Positions 19,671-28,684 of a DNA stretch of 60,056 nt are shown piece after piece (position 1 is the first letter of the stretch; each line of letters starts with the position of its first letter). Origin of the DNA: an uncultured Desulfobulbia bacterium (GTDB taxonomy: Bacteria > Desulfobacterota > Desulfobulbia > Desulfobulbales > CG2-30-60-27). The DNA is taken from the NCBI GenBank assembly GCA_964443295.1, contig CAYUCH010000003.1, positions 1-60,056 of the forward strand, given 5' to 3'. A model generated the notes under the pieces. That model did not search any database and had not been told where the DNA came from. It saw only the letters and a list, made by a program, of their open reading frames with translations. Position numbers and translations under genes: made by a program.

Positions 19671-22166
19671 CTATCGTCGCAGACTATTCACCAGGGTTTC
19701 CAACATCTCATCGGATGTGGAAACCAATTTGGCAGCCGCCGTATAGGCCTGTTGAAATTTAATAATGTTGGCCAATTCCTCATCAAGAGAAACGCCGGAA
19801 AAAGAATCTCGCATGTCATTCAACTGATTGGAAATCATGGTATGTAATTCAGCATTGCGTTCAAGCATCCGCACCCGCGAACCAAGATCACCAACCAATG
19901 AATTATAAAAACCATCCAAAGTGGTTATATCACCATTTGAGAACTCAACTGTTTCATCAAATTGCACCAAATTCAAAGCGAGGGCGTTTTCGTTGTCACC
20001 CCGAAAAATTGATCCATCATCATCTATATTTCCAGCAGCAACAAACGAAACGTTCGCCTCGAGCACACTGTTCACCCTGATGGTGGATGCATCATAACCG
20101 GAGAAGAAGGTGTTAACCCCTGCTACTTGGAGGATGTTGGAAGTATCATTGGCAAAGGCATACTGCACATCAACTGCTCCCAGAAATTCCAACTTATTCT
20201 CTCTTACCGAAGCGGTAAGATATGCGGGGCCACCGGAAGCGTTTGTAACGGATGTATTGATTGCACTGGCAACATCGTGCAGCGTATAAGCGCGATCCAA
20301 ATCCACGGTCACTGGAATGGGAAGGAGAGGCATATCATCGGCATCATAGAGCCAGATATCAAAGCTCCCACCATCGGTGACAACTTCATCACCATATTCA
20401 AAACCCAGAAGAGAGGCAGCCACACCGCCGGGATGCTCGTAGCCATAGGTAACTTCTCCATCGTTGGCCACATCATCAACATGCAGGCCTCCGGCCATAC
20501 CCAGATGCACCAGATTTATATCATCAGGTCCAGCAGTTATCTCAATATCTTCATTTGAAAACAGAGTGATCTCGCCGGTATTCTGGGTAGCAGTCGCTTC
20601 ATATGTGCCATCGACAAACGAAAGGTTTGCGTCAGCTGGTGTCGTAAGTGGATCAACACCACCAATGACAATGCTTGAACTCTCGCCTGGCAATGTATTT
20701 CGAAAAATGATGGAATCAATTGGGCCGCCATTTGTTCCATCACCCACTATTGCCTCAATGGTCATGGTGTCGGGAACTGTGGTCGGGTCTGCATTATATA
20801 CGGTAATTGCAGCATTAGTCGCTGCAGCCACTGCCGTTGCCGTAGCATTGGCAGTCTCTGCTCCCACTGCCGTGTACGTGACAGCAATACCATTTATTGT
20901 GAAATCCACCACATCAGCAGCTGCCAGGCCAACAACCGTTCCACCAGCTACCTGCGTGGTAAGCCGAGCAACGACACCTTCCTGAGCAACATTAATGGCA
21001 TTGACTGCATTATAGGCCTTTTCCATAGCCAGGCCATTAGCAGGCGGTCCACCATTTATTGTTCCTACCTCGCGACCGTTTATCTCAAAAATGCCTGCTG
21101 TAATATCAACGTTGGCTAATGCTGCATCAACGGTTGTAGTGAGTACAGCAGTATTCTCCGCCCGCTCCGTACCCATGAGATCATCTGAAAACCTGAGCAT
21201 CCCCACACCCTGAGAATGCACTTGATTGACTTCCCGAATAAATGACCTGGTAAAGGATTCAAGACGACCAAAAACATTACTGGGATCTCCGGGAATAAGC
21301 TCATTATGGACTTCCAACCACCCGCCCATTTCACCGCCCATTTCCTCACCTTCTCCCAATTCCGCCCTCAATTCTCGACCATCATTGAGCTCCGAAATCC
21401 AGACTAATTGATTGTTGTTGAAATCAATTCTATTGGATTCCGTACCATCAACCAAAGTGTGCCCATCTGCCAACAATACCGAAACAGCGCCGTTTCTGAC
21501 ATTTTCGTAGGTTGTGATATCAAGGAAAGTAGACAATTCGCCCACGAGATTATCGCGCGTATCGCGTAAATCATTCATCTGCTGTCCCGGTTTTTCCAGG
21601 GTAGCGATTTCCCTGTTAATATCCGCAACCTGTTCTGTCAGCCTGTTAACCTCGGAAATCGCAACATTGAGCTCGTTGCCGATATCAGTTCTTGCCTTAA
21701 TTAATTCACTATAGGCATTGCCAAGATAATCTTGAACCAATGTGCCGCTTTGCAACAACGCCTGACGAGTTGCAAGATTTTCAGGCAGGTTGGCGACATC
21801 CTGCCAGCTCTGCCAATATTGGCCCATCAAATCATTGAGACCAAGTCCGGTTGATTCATTAAAGATGGCCTCTACAATGGTCAAGGTCTTTTCCTGAGCT
21901 TCAAAATTCGCCAGGGTGGTATTCTCCTCTATTATCCTGCTGGTAAGGATTTGATCATACTGCCGCATTATGGATTCTGCTTCTACACCTGTACCGATAG
22001 ATCCGACAGAGGTAGGTGTGGCCAACCTGTTGGCCAGATTCAAGACCTGCCGGGAATAACCAGGAGTATCAACATTTGCGACATTATTGGAAGCAACCTG
22101 TACCGATAGTTGATGGGTCAGGAGGGCTCCCTTGGCGATATCGAGGACTGAACTGATTCCTGCCAC
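19671..22166 (-). CDS. flgK: Hook-associated protein 1 FlgK (long form)
   Basis: NNVANVDTPGYSRQ and SGVSLDEE..FQQAY termini. Confidence 0.95.
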   Translation of the reverse strand: MAGISSVLDIAKGALLTHQLSVQVASNNVANVDTPGYSRQVLNLANRLATPTSVGSIGTGVEAESIMRQYDQILTSRIIEENTTLANFEAQEKTLTIVEAIFNESTGLGLNDLMGQYWQSWQDVANLPENLATRQALLQSGTLVQDYLGNAYSELIKARTDIGNELNVAISEVNRLTEQVADINREIATLEKPGQQMNDLRDTRDNLVGELSTFLDITTYENVRNGAVSVLLADGHTLVDGTESNRIDFNNNQLVWISELNDGRELRAELGEGEEMGGEMGGWLEVHNELIPGDPSNVFGRLESFTRSFIREVNQVHSQGVGMLRFSDDLMGTERAENTAVLTTTVDAALANVDITAGIFEINGREVGTINGGPPANGLAMEKAYNAVNAINVAQEGVVARLTTQVAGGTVVGLAAADVVDFTINGIAVTYTAVGAETANATATAVAAATNAAITVYNADPTTVPDTMTIEAIVGDGTNGGPIDSIIFRNTLPGESSSIVIGGVDPLTTPADANLSFVDGTYEATATQNTGEITLFSNEDIEITAGPDDINLVHLGMAGGLHVDDVANDGEVTYGYEHPGGVAASLLGFEYGDEVVTDGGSFDIWLYDADDMPLLPIPVTVDLDRAYTLHDVASAINTSVTNASGGPAYLTASVRENKLEFLGAVDVQYAFANDTSNILQVAGVNTFFSGYDASTIRVNSVLEANVSFVAAGNIDDDGSIFRGDNENALALNLVQFDETVEFSNGDITTLDGFYNSLVGDLGSRVRMLERNAELHTMISNQLNDMRDSFSGVSLDEELANIIKFQQAYTAAAKLVSTSDEMLETLVNSLRR

Positions 22167-22167
22167 G

Positions 22168-22686
22168 TCACACCTCCCGGCTTACAACGCGAGGAACATT
22201 GCTCACGGTTTTTGATTGTCCAACCGCGCCATAACCACCCTGTTTCTGTTCCGCACCGGTAAAAAGAGCTATGGAGTCTCCTAAAAATGAAAGAGTCTCT
22301 TGGATAAACTGGTGATTTACCAAATTCCTGGTGACAATTTTTTCCCGCAGCTCTCGCCACTCATGCTGCATGGCTTTAAAATGCTCCTCCGACTCTCCTT
22401 CAAACAAGGCATCAAGAGTAGCCAAAGCAGCTGATTTGTCTGGACCATTTGGGCATAAATTTTCCAGTACATAGCGGAGTTTGTCGTCCTGTTCCTGTAA
22501 GGCACCGAAAAGATCGTCCTTGATCTGCGAAAAACCGATGAGGGCAGAAACATCCATTTTTACAATAGCTTCCCGCTCTTGCTCGAGAAGATCTATTATT
22601 TCCTGACCAAGGACAAGTTCTCTTTCTAAAACTGTAATGATTGTCTCATGGGCTGAAATGTCGGATATTTGGTCTTGTGTATTCAT
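22168..22686 (-). CDS. flgN: Flagellar export chaperone FlgN
   Basis: Helical protein (LLEQEREAI, RNLVN, GY tail) directly before flgK; ATG at 22686. Confidence 0.85.
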   Translation of the reverse strand: MNTQDQISDISAHETIITVLERELVLGQEIIDLLEQEREAIVKMDVSALIGFSQIKDDLFGALQEQDDKLRYVLENLCPNGPDKSAALATLDALFEGESEEHFKAMQHEWRELREKIVTRNLVNHQFIQETLSFLGDSIALFTGAEQKQGGYGAVGQSKTVSNVPRVVSREV

Positions 22687-22690
22687 GACT

Positions 22691-23008
22691 CTACTCACTT
22701 GTGTTATTAGAGGTAAGCTGCTTATAGAGAATTTCGCCAAGGCCCATACCTTTTTCGCTGGCAAGCTGATCGGCTAAGGCATTATCGTGCATACTCTGGA
22801 ACATATCCTTGGAGTAGGAATCTCCAAAAAGGCCATCTTTTGGAACTGTCTCCCGCATAAGTTTCAAAAGCTGGCGAAGCATAATTGCCTCGAAATTCTT
22901 ACATGCCTGGTGCAACCTTTCCTCATTTGCATTATCGGTCAAAACACCCTTTTCCTTTAATGCAATTTCCGGGTTTATCGGCATATTAAGAGGAATTTTC
23001 GGAATCAC
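22691..23008 (-). CDS. flgJ: Rod-binding-only FlgJ
   Basis: ACKNFEAIML..MR, GMGLGEILYKQL; no muramidase domain. Confidence 0.9.
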   Translation of the reverse strand: MIPKIPLNMPINPEIALKEKGVLTDNANEERLHQACKNFEAIMLRQLLKLMRETVPKDGLFGDSYSKDMFQSMHDNALADQLASEKGMGLGEILYKQLTSNNTSE

Positions 23009-23021
23009 GGCAACACTCCTT

Positions 23022-24113
23022 TTAAATAATGACCAACTCAGCCATTAAACCACCCGAGGCCTTAATGGCCTGAAAGATGGCGATCATATCCCGGGGAGTT
23101 ACTCCCACGGAATTTAAAGTTCGTACCAGCTCACCTAAAGTGGCCTTTTCTTCCAATGTTATCAACTGGTTGGACCGACCAGTGGCAGGATTGCCACCAA
23201 TACGGAGACTTAATTTACCGTGCGAAAGGGCAAGCTGTCGAAGCCGTACATGTTCTCCCATGACGACGGTTCCAGTGCGCTCATCCAAAACGACCCGGGC
23301 CATGGCATCCGGCGTTACCTCAAGGTTTTCCACATCGGCCAGAAATAAAATTTGTTTGTCCTGGTATGATTCCGGCACATTAATAGTCACTGTAGATCCG
23401 TCCAAAGCCTTGGCATAGGGACCTTCCAGAAATCCATCAATCACTGAAACCATACGGGAAACCGTGGTAAAATCGGGATGCTTCAAGCTCAACGTAATGG
23501 TATTACGGTCTGCATATGAGAGTGTTACCTCTCGTTCAACGGTTGCGCCTCCGGGGATTCTTCCCACAGTAAGATGATTTTTCTGTACACCACCAGTCTC
23601 ACCTTCTACCTCAATTCCACCTACGGAAACTGCTCCTTGGGCCATTGCATATACCTTGCCATCCAATCCTTTAATGGGGGTGGCAACAAGGGTCCCACCC
23701 TGGAGGGATGCGGCATCACCCAGTGATGAAAGTGTTACATCAATGGTCTGGCCCGCTTTTACAAAGGGTGGCAAATGGGCTGTTAGCATTACTCCAGCCA
23801 CATTTTTTACTTTGACATTGGCTGGATCGACATGAACACCCATCTTTTCCAGCATATTGATAAGTCCTTGGGTAGTGAAAGCAGAATTGCTCCCATCACC
23901 TGTGCCGTTCAAGCCAACAACCAGACCAAAGCCGACCAGCTGATTACCCCGAACACCATGTACTGTTGCCAAGTCTTTCAGGCGGGCAGCATTGCTCAAG
24001 GTCGGCCAAATCAATATCAAAGCCAATATCGCGCACGCCAGGCCCATTCTACCTTTTACCCAATCTGCTTTGTCCTGCGTTTTGACTGCCATCATCGTCA
24101 TTCCTTCGCTCAT
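23022..24113 (-). CDS. flgI: Flagellar P-ring protein FlgI
   Basis: GVRGNQLVGFGLVVGLNGTGD, VLDERTGTVV. Confidence 0.97.
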   Translation of the reverse strand: MSEGMTMMAVKTQDKADWVKGRMGLACAILALILIWPTLSNAARLKDLATVHGVRGNQLVGFGLVVGLNGTGDGSNSAFTTQGLINMLEKMGVHVDPANVKVKNVAGVMLTAHLPPFVKAGQTIDVTLSSLGDAASLQGGTLVATPIKGLDGKVYAMAQGAVSVGGIEVEGETGGVQKNHLTVGRIPGGATVEREVTLSYADRNTITLSLKHPDFTTVSRMVSVIDGFLEGPYAKALDGSTVTINVPESYQDKQILFLADVENLEVTPDAMARVVLDERTGTVVMGEHVRLRQLALSHGKLSLRIGGNPATGRSNQLITLEEKATLGELVRTLNSVGVTPRDMIAIFQAIKASGGLMAELVII

Positions 24114-24135
24114 TGAATGCGGAAATTATTTCCCA

Positions 24136-24870
24136 CTAAAATGGCCAGATAAAATCCATACCCCTTGCCAACCAACCCGGTTGTTGCTTTTCACTGATAA
24201 TACCGGTGCCGCTGTATTCGATACGGGCATCTGCAATGCGAGTGGAGAGGATCGTATTATCAAAAGAAATATCCTCAGGCCGCACCAAACCGGTGATGAT
24301 CATATGCTGAGTCTCATCATTCACCCGCACTTCTTTATAACCACGGACCATGAGATTTCCCTGAAGTGTTACCTCGATAATCCGGGCGGCCATACTGGCG
24401 GTCACTGTACTGTCTCGCTTGGTCTCTCCGGATCCGTCAAAATCGTTTTTCAAGGTCACGTTAATATTGCTGGTGGAAGGGGTAAAATTGGCATTTCGGC
24501 CGCTCAACCATTGCTCAACTCCGAAAAAAGCCCCCAAACCACCGGTAAGTGTTGAATTCCGTGCTGTTTTTGTAGATGCCTTTTTGGTAGCGCTAGACGT
24601 CTCAACAATCTTCACCATGATGATATCTCCCACCCGTGAAGCACGATGGTCGCTATATAAATCAAGGGAATTCTCAGCTTGGTAGATGGCACCTTCTTTT
24701 GGTGTAAAAGCCTGGGTTTCCACACTTGGTAATGTATAGCGCTGGGGCATATGGCCGTCATCGTCAGACTTTACAGCACTGCTTCCCGTGGTAACGCAAC
24801 CACTTAGCAGCCATACAAACACAGGAAGGATAAAAGCCTTGGCTATCCGCATGTTTTTTACCTTTTTCAA
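24136..24870 (-). CDS. flgH: Flagellar L-ring lipoprotein FlgH
   Basis: Lipobox LSGC, GLVRPEDI, IADARIEYSG, QQPGWL. Confidence 0.96.
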   Translation of the reverse strand: MKKVKNMRIAKAFILPVFVWLLSGCVTTGSSAVKSDDDGHMPQRYTLPSVETQAFTPKEGAIYQAENSLDLYSDHRASRVGDIIMVKIVETSSATKKASTKTARNSTLTGGLGAFFGVEQWLSGRNANFTPSTSNINVTLKNDFDGSGETKRDSTVTASMAARIIEVTLQGNLMVRGYKEVRVNDETQHMIITGLVRPEDISFDNTILSTRIADARIEYSGTGIISEKQQPGWLARGMDFIWPF

Positions 24871-24911
24871 AATGTCACCTTTCGTAATGCGCTATCTACC
24901 TTATGGTCCTG

Positions 24912-25015
24912 AAATGATCACAGGTACCGTAGATGTTCGTAAGCAGGATAATCAGTCTATAGTTACCTATGCTGGTTAGCCTGATCACGAGCAGATGCGG
25001 TGTATGTGATCATTT
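24912..25015. repeat. Dispersed hairpin/MITE-like element, copy 3, between flgA and flgH
   Basis: Perfect terminal IR AAATGATCACA/TGTGATCATTT; arms pair nearly end to end with G.T pairs; centre CAGTCTATAG-ttac-CTATGCTG. Confidence 0.85.
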
Positions 25016-25017
25016 GT

Positions 25018-25740
25018 TCAAAATGTCACCCTCACTGTCTTCTCATCAATAACCTGGGCATACACCTCTCGGCGGCTCATTAAATTTTTCACCCGAACCT
25101 CATCGCCCCGTGCACCAGTACTGCGAACTTCACCTGGCACCGTAACAACGATAGCACCGGATTTTGCCTCAATGAGTACTCGATCACCACGCTTGACCAG
25201 TGGTTTTTGCTCTAAAAGATCTGTAAAAAGTGGGGCGCCGGCCTGCATGGACCTCTTCAAACGCTGTCCAACAGCAGGACCGGGCTCACGCAGGACATCT
25301 TCTGCCATCTGGGTAATATCCATTCGCATAACTTTCACATCCTCTTCTGTTACCACTTGGTGACGGGCCATTCTCTTTGTGGTAACCACAACATCAGCCA
25401 TTAGTTTAATGCGGCCGATTAGAGTCACTCTGGCTTGCTGTTGTCCATCGATGAAAGCTGCAATTTCCAGCTTTTTCTTGCCAAGAAAATTATTATGGGG
25501 CTGATTGAGGAGTCTAAATTCTACCGGTCCGGCAGGCAAATACAGGATTGTAGGATTTGCATAAAAATTGGATATTTCAAGATCATTTACAGACCAAGGT
25601 GCCTCTCTGGTTACCAAATCAAAAAACAGGTTTTCCAGATCATCACCATCAATTACCTGAGTATTCGCCAGTAGACCTGCAGGTTGGAACAATGCGACCA
25701 GGAAAAAAGCTATCAATATAATTACCCTTTTAATCATCAT
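25018..25740 (-). CDS. flgA: P-ring formation chaperone FlgA
   Basis: SAF domain, LVKRGDRV, VRVKNLMSRR; position between flgG and flgH. Confidence 0.93.
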   Translation of the reverse strand: MMIKRVIILIAFFLVALFQPAGLLANTQVIDGDDLENLFFDLVTREAPWSVNDLEISNFYANPTILYLPAGPVEFRLLNQPHNNFLGKKKLEIAAFIDGQQQARVTLIGRIKLMADVVVTTKRMARHQVVTEEDVKVMRMDITQMAEDVLREPGPAVGQRLKRSMQAGAPLFTDLLEQKPLVKRGDRVLIEAKSGAIVVTVPGEVRSTGARGDEVRVKNLMSRREVYAQVIDEKTVRVTF

Positions 25741-25748
25741 AATTGCCT

Positions 25749-26531
25749 CTATCGAACCAGACTATTACCTACTTCTAACAACCGATCCGCAGTTTGAACA
25801 CTCTTGGAGTTTGCCTCAAAAGCACGTTGTGTGATAATCAAATTGACCATCTCCTCAGTTACATCCACATTGGATGTTTCCAAAATTCTTTGAGCAATGG
25901 TGCCTGCACCTGTGGTGCCGGGATTTGAAGTAGTCGCTTCTCCCGACGCATCTGTTTCGGTAAAAAGATTGGCTCCCTGGGCTTTTAGACCGGCAGGATT
26001 AATAAATGTATTGAGAGTGATCTGCACCGATCCCAAACTATTCTGATCAGCATCCAATGCTACCAGCAGACCACCGGAATCTATCGATATGGCATTAGTC
26101 CCTTCAGGAATAGCAAACTCAGGTTGCAGGCGATCACCATTGGCAGTGACTATATATCCATCTGCATCTTTCTTGAAATTGCCTGCCCTGGTGTAATATT
26201 CTTCTCCGTTCCTGAGGACTTGGAAAAAGCCGTCACCTTCAATGGCCCAGTCCAGCTCATTACCGGTCTGTTGAAAGTCACCTTGAGTGAAAATACGATG
26301 TACGGCCGTGGGGCGAACACCCATACCTACCTGTACACCGGTGGGAACCTGGCCGCCATCCGCCGTTTCAGCACCGACCTCGCGGATTGTTTGGTAAAAG
26401 AGATCCTCAAACTGCGCTCTGGCCTTTTTAAATCCTGCGGTATTGACATTGGCCAGGTTATTGGAAATTACATCCAGCTGTAATTGCTGGCCGATCATGC
26501 CTGTTCTTGATGAATACAATGCTCGTATCAT
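25749..26531 (-). CDS. flgG: Distal rod protein FlgG
   Basis: NNLANVNTAGFK, FEDLFYQ, LETSNVD..EEMV; 260 aa. Confidence 0.97.
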   Translation of the reverse strand: MIRALYSSRTGMIGQQLQLDVISNNLANVNTAGFKKARAQFEDLFYQTIREVGAETADGGQVPTGVQVGMGVRPTAVHRIFTQGDFQQTGNELDWAIEGDGFFQVLRNGEEYYTRAGNFKKDADGYIVTANGDRLQPEFAIPEGTNAISIDSGGLLVALDADQNSLGSVQITLNTFINPAGLKAQGANLFTETDASGEATTSNPGTTGAGTIAQRILETSNVDVTEEMVNLIITQRAFEANSKSVQTADRLLEVGNSLVR

Positions 26532-26573
26532 TGCTTCTCCCTCGACGGATTTCGCGATTCAGTCAACCGTTTT

Positions 26574-26588
26574 CCGTCAATATGATGG
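26574..26588. promoter_or_regulatory. Palindromic 15-mer CCGTCAATATGATGG, copy between flgF and flgG
   Basis: Identical to 27468-27482. Confidence 0.55.
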
Positions 26589-27320
26589 TTACCCTGTCAA
26601 TTTTCCAACTCGTTGCACAGCCATGCCATCGATATCATCCAGTGAACGAATGGCTCTTTGCTGGGACTCATAATCTCGATATAAATCGAGCATGGCAGTC
26701 ATTTCTTCGATTGTTTGGGTATTGGACTGTTCCAGATATCCTTGCCTTATTTCAAAATTCCCAGCTTGCTGTTCTCCAGTTCCGCCTTCTTTCAAACGAA
26801 AGAGGTTAACGCCGTCTCTCTCAAGATTTGACAGATCCTGAAACGTTACAACCGCAAGTGTTCCTACAATTTCGTCGTTCTGGGTGACAGTACCGTCAAT
26901 ACCAATGGCAACCGGATCGTCGGACAAAACCAAAGTCCCACCATCGCCCAAGACCAATCCCCCATCAGGCATAGTAAGCTGGCCTTGATTATTTAGCTGG
27001 AGAGCCCCTGCCCGACTGTATCGGACCCCATCAGTGGTCTGCACTTTTAGAAAACCATCACCGTTTATCATGAGGTCCAGCGGGTTACCGGTCATTTTTG
27101 CCGGCCCATCCGTATGATCGGTAAGTGGCTTAATACCTTTTCCCACCCGCTGCCGATTATCATTTGCGGTATACAGCGTTTCCCAAAATGTGACATGCTC
27201 TCTTTTAAACCCAGGTGTATCAACATTTGCCAGGTTATTAGCCACCTGATCCATGCGTCCTTGCTGGGCCAACATGGTTTCGACGTTCTCGATCATCCCT
27301 AATCTGTTCTGGATATACAC
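26589..27320 (-). CDS. flgF: Proximal rod protein FlgF
   Basis: ANNLANVDTPGFK, TGNPLD, YSRAG, QGYLEQSN; precedes flgG. Confidence 0.9.
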   Translation of the reverse strand: MYIQNRLGMIENVETMLAQQGRMDQVANNLANVDTPGFKREHVTFWETLYTANDNRQRVGKGIKPLTDHTDGPAKMTGNPLDLMINGDGFLKVQTTDGVRYSRAGALQLNNQGQLTMPDGGLVLGDGGTLVLSDDPVAIGIDGTVTQNDEIVGTLAVVTFQDLSNLERDGVNLFRLKEGGTGEQQAGNFEIRQGYLEQSNTQTIEEMTAMLDLYRDYESQQRAIRSLDDIDGMAVQRVGKLTG

Positions 27321-27353
27321 AATGCACCTCTTTTGCTTTTGACAAGTTGAAGA

Positions 27354-27369
27354 TGCAACTGGCGTGCCA
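27354..27369 (-). promoter_or_regulatory. sigma54 (-24/-12) promoter of the flgF operon
   Basis: TGGCAC-GCCAG-TTGCA matches the consensus, 33 nt upstream of flgF. Confidence 0.88.
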
Positions 27370-27467
27370 TTATTTATATACAGCCATAGCGTTTTCGAAA
27401 AACCCTTGTGGCTCTAAGGACAAAAGAGAGAAATATCAATAAAGGAAGAACGAACAGATGAGATGGA

Positions 27468-27482
27468 CCGTCAATATGATGG
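27468..27482. promoter_or_regulatory. Candidate enhancer (UAS) for a sigma54 activator
   Basis: Imperfect palindrome CCGTCA-ATA-TGATGG about 100 bp upstream of the -24 element; duplicated exactly at 26574. Confidence 0.55.
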
Positions 27483-27616
27483 CTCAAAGGATTTGAAACA
27501 AAGATTTTCTTAAGGCAATAATTTCAATATGTTAAAGGAATACAGCCGAAATAATTCAGATGAGGCACAGCAAGAGTGGGCATTTTTTTCCCACCTCAAA
27601 GAACGAACTTAACAGT

Positions 27617-28513
27617 TTATTTTTCATGTCCCATTGCCGCCTCTCTTTCACGACTGAGCGACTGGGCTTGGGCAATTTCATTTTCAGAAAGAAATTTCGT
27701 CACATCTTTTCTGGCATCAACTGCAGCCTTATATCCATTTGCAGCGGCGAGATTAAAACAGACATAGGCTTCTAGAATATTTTTCTGCACTCCCTGGCCG
27801 AGCATATTCATCAATCCCAGCTGATAGAATGCTTCTGCATTCCCATCTGCAGAGGCCAGTTCAAACCATTTAACCGCCTCCAAATAATCCTGACGAACAT
27901 TATACCCTTCTCGATACATAAGCCCAAGCTGCAATTGGGCTCCAATATGACCTTGAGCGGCAGCCTTGAAGAACATTTTGGCTATACCTTTCGTGTCGAC
28001 ACGTGAATAACGAGCTGTAGCCTGCTCTTCATACAGAAGGCCGAGATGAAACTGAGCATCAGCATGACCCTGATCAGCGGCCAATTTAAGCCATTTCTCT
28101 GCTTTTATTTGATCGTTAGGTAAATCTCCGCCCTGCTTATAGGCATAACCCAGATTAAATTGGTCCACAGCCCGGCCACTTTGTGCTTCTTCCAAGAGGG
28201 CCACCTCCACATCATTTGCTGAGGTGTTTTCCACTCTTGGTTGGTTGTGCTCAACATCATTTCCATTTTCCACGTATATTGAAAATACCAGCCACCCACA
28301 AAGTACAAGCAAACCAGTTATAATAATAAAACTCTTCCAATGCCTGCTGATAACGGAAAAATGACGCCGGCACGCTCTGCACCGATACAACGGAAAAAGA
28401 AGACGATAAAGAGATGCTTCCGGATTATACTTTAATGACAGCCGGACATTGGTGCTTCCACAGCGCGGGCATGTTTTGGAAATTGCTTCTCTAAGCCTGG
28501 TGAAACTTACCAT
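27617..28513 (-). CDS. Sel1-like repeat membrane protein with N-terminal zinc ribbon
   Basis: CPRC..CRAC, one TM helix, then Sel1 repeats (AADQGHADAQFHLG, AAAQGHIGAQLQLG). Confidence 0.88.
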   Translation of the reverse strand: MVSFTRLREAISKTCPRCGSTNVRLSLKYNPEASLYRLLFPLYRCRACRRHFSVISRHWKSFIIITGLLVLCGWLVFSIYVENGNDVEHNQPRVENTSANDVEVALLEEAQSGRAVDQFNLGYAYKQGGDLPNDQIKAEKWLKLAADQGHADAQFHLGLLYEEQATARYSRVDTKGIAKMFFKAAAQGHIGAQLQLGLMYREGYNVRQDYLEAVKWFELASADGNAEAFYQLGLMNMLGQGVQKNILEAYVCFNLAAANGYKAAVDARKDVTKFLSENEIAQAQSLSREREAAMGHEK

Positions 28514-28684
28514 CTTATCCTCTACCCTTAAAAACGCCGTCGCAAACGACCCTTCATTATTTGGAAAATATTACATGACCATTAATCGCAGCTCAGGATA
28601 CCCAACTTTCCTGCAATATGGTAGTCTAAGTTCTTCTGAATACGTATGTCCATGCGATAATAAGTAAACCAAGAAGGATCTACC

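Noticed and set aside
2022..25015. Hairpin elements as integron attC sites or CRISPR repeats
   Set aside because: No RYYYAAC/GTTRRRY boxes at the ends, neighbours are housekeeping genes, no integrase, and copies are dispersed rather than arrayed with spacers
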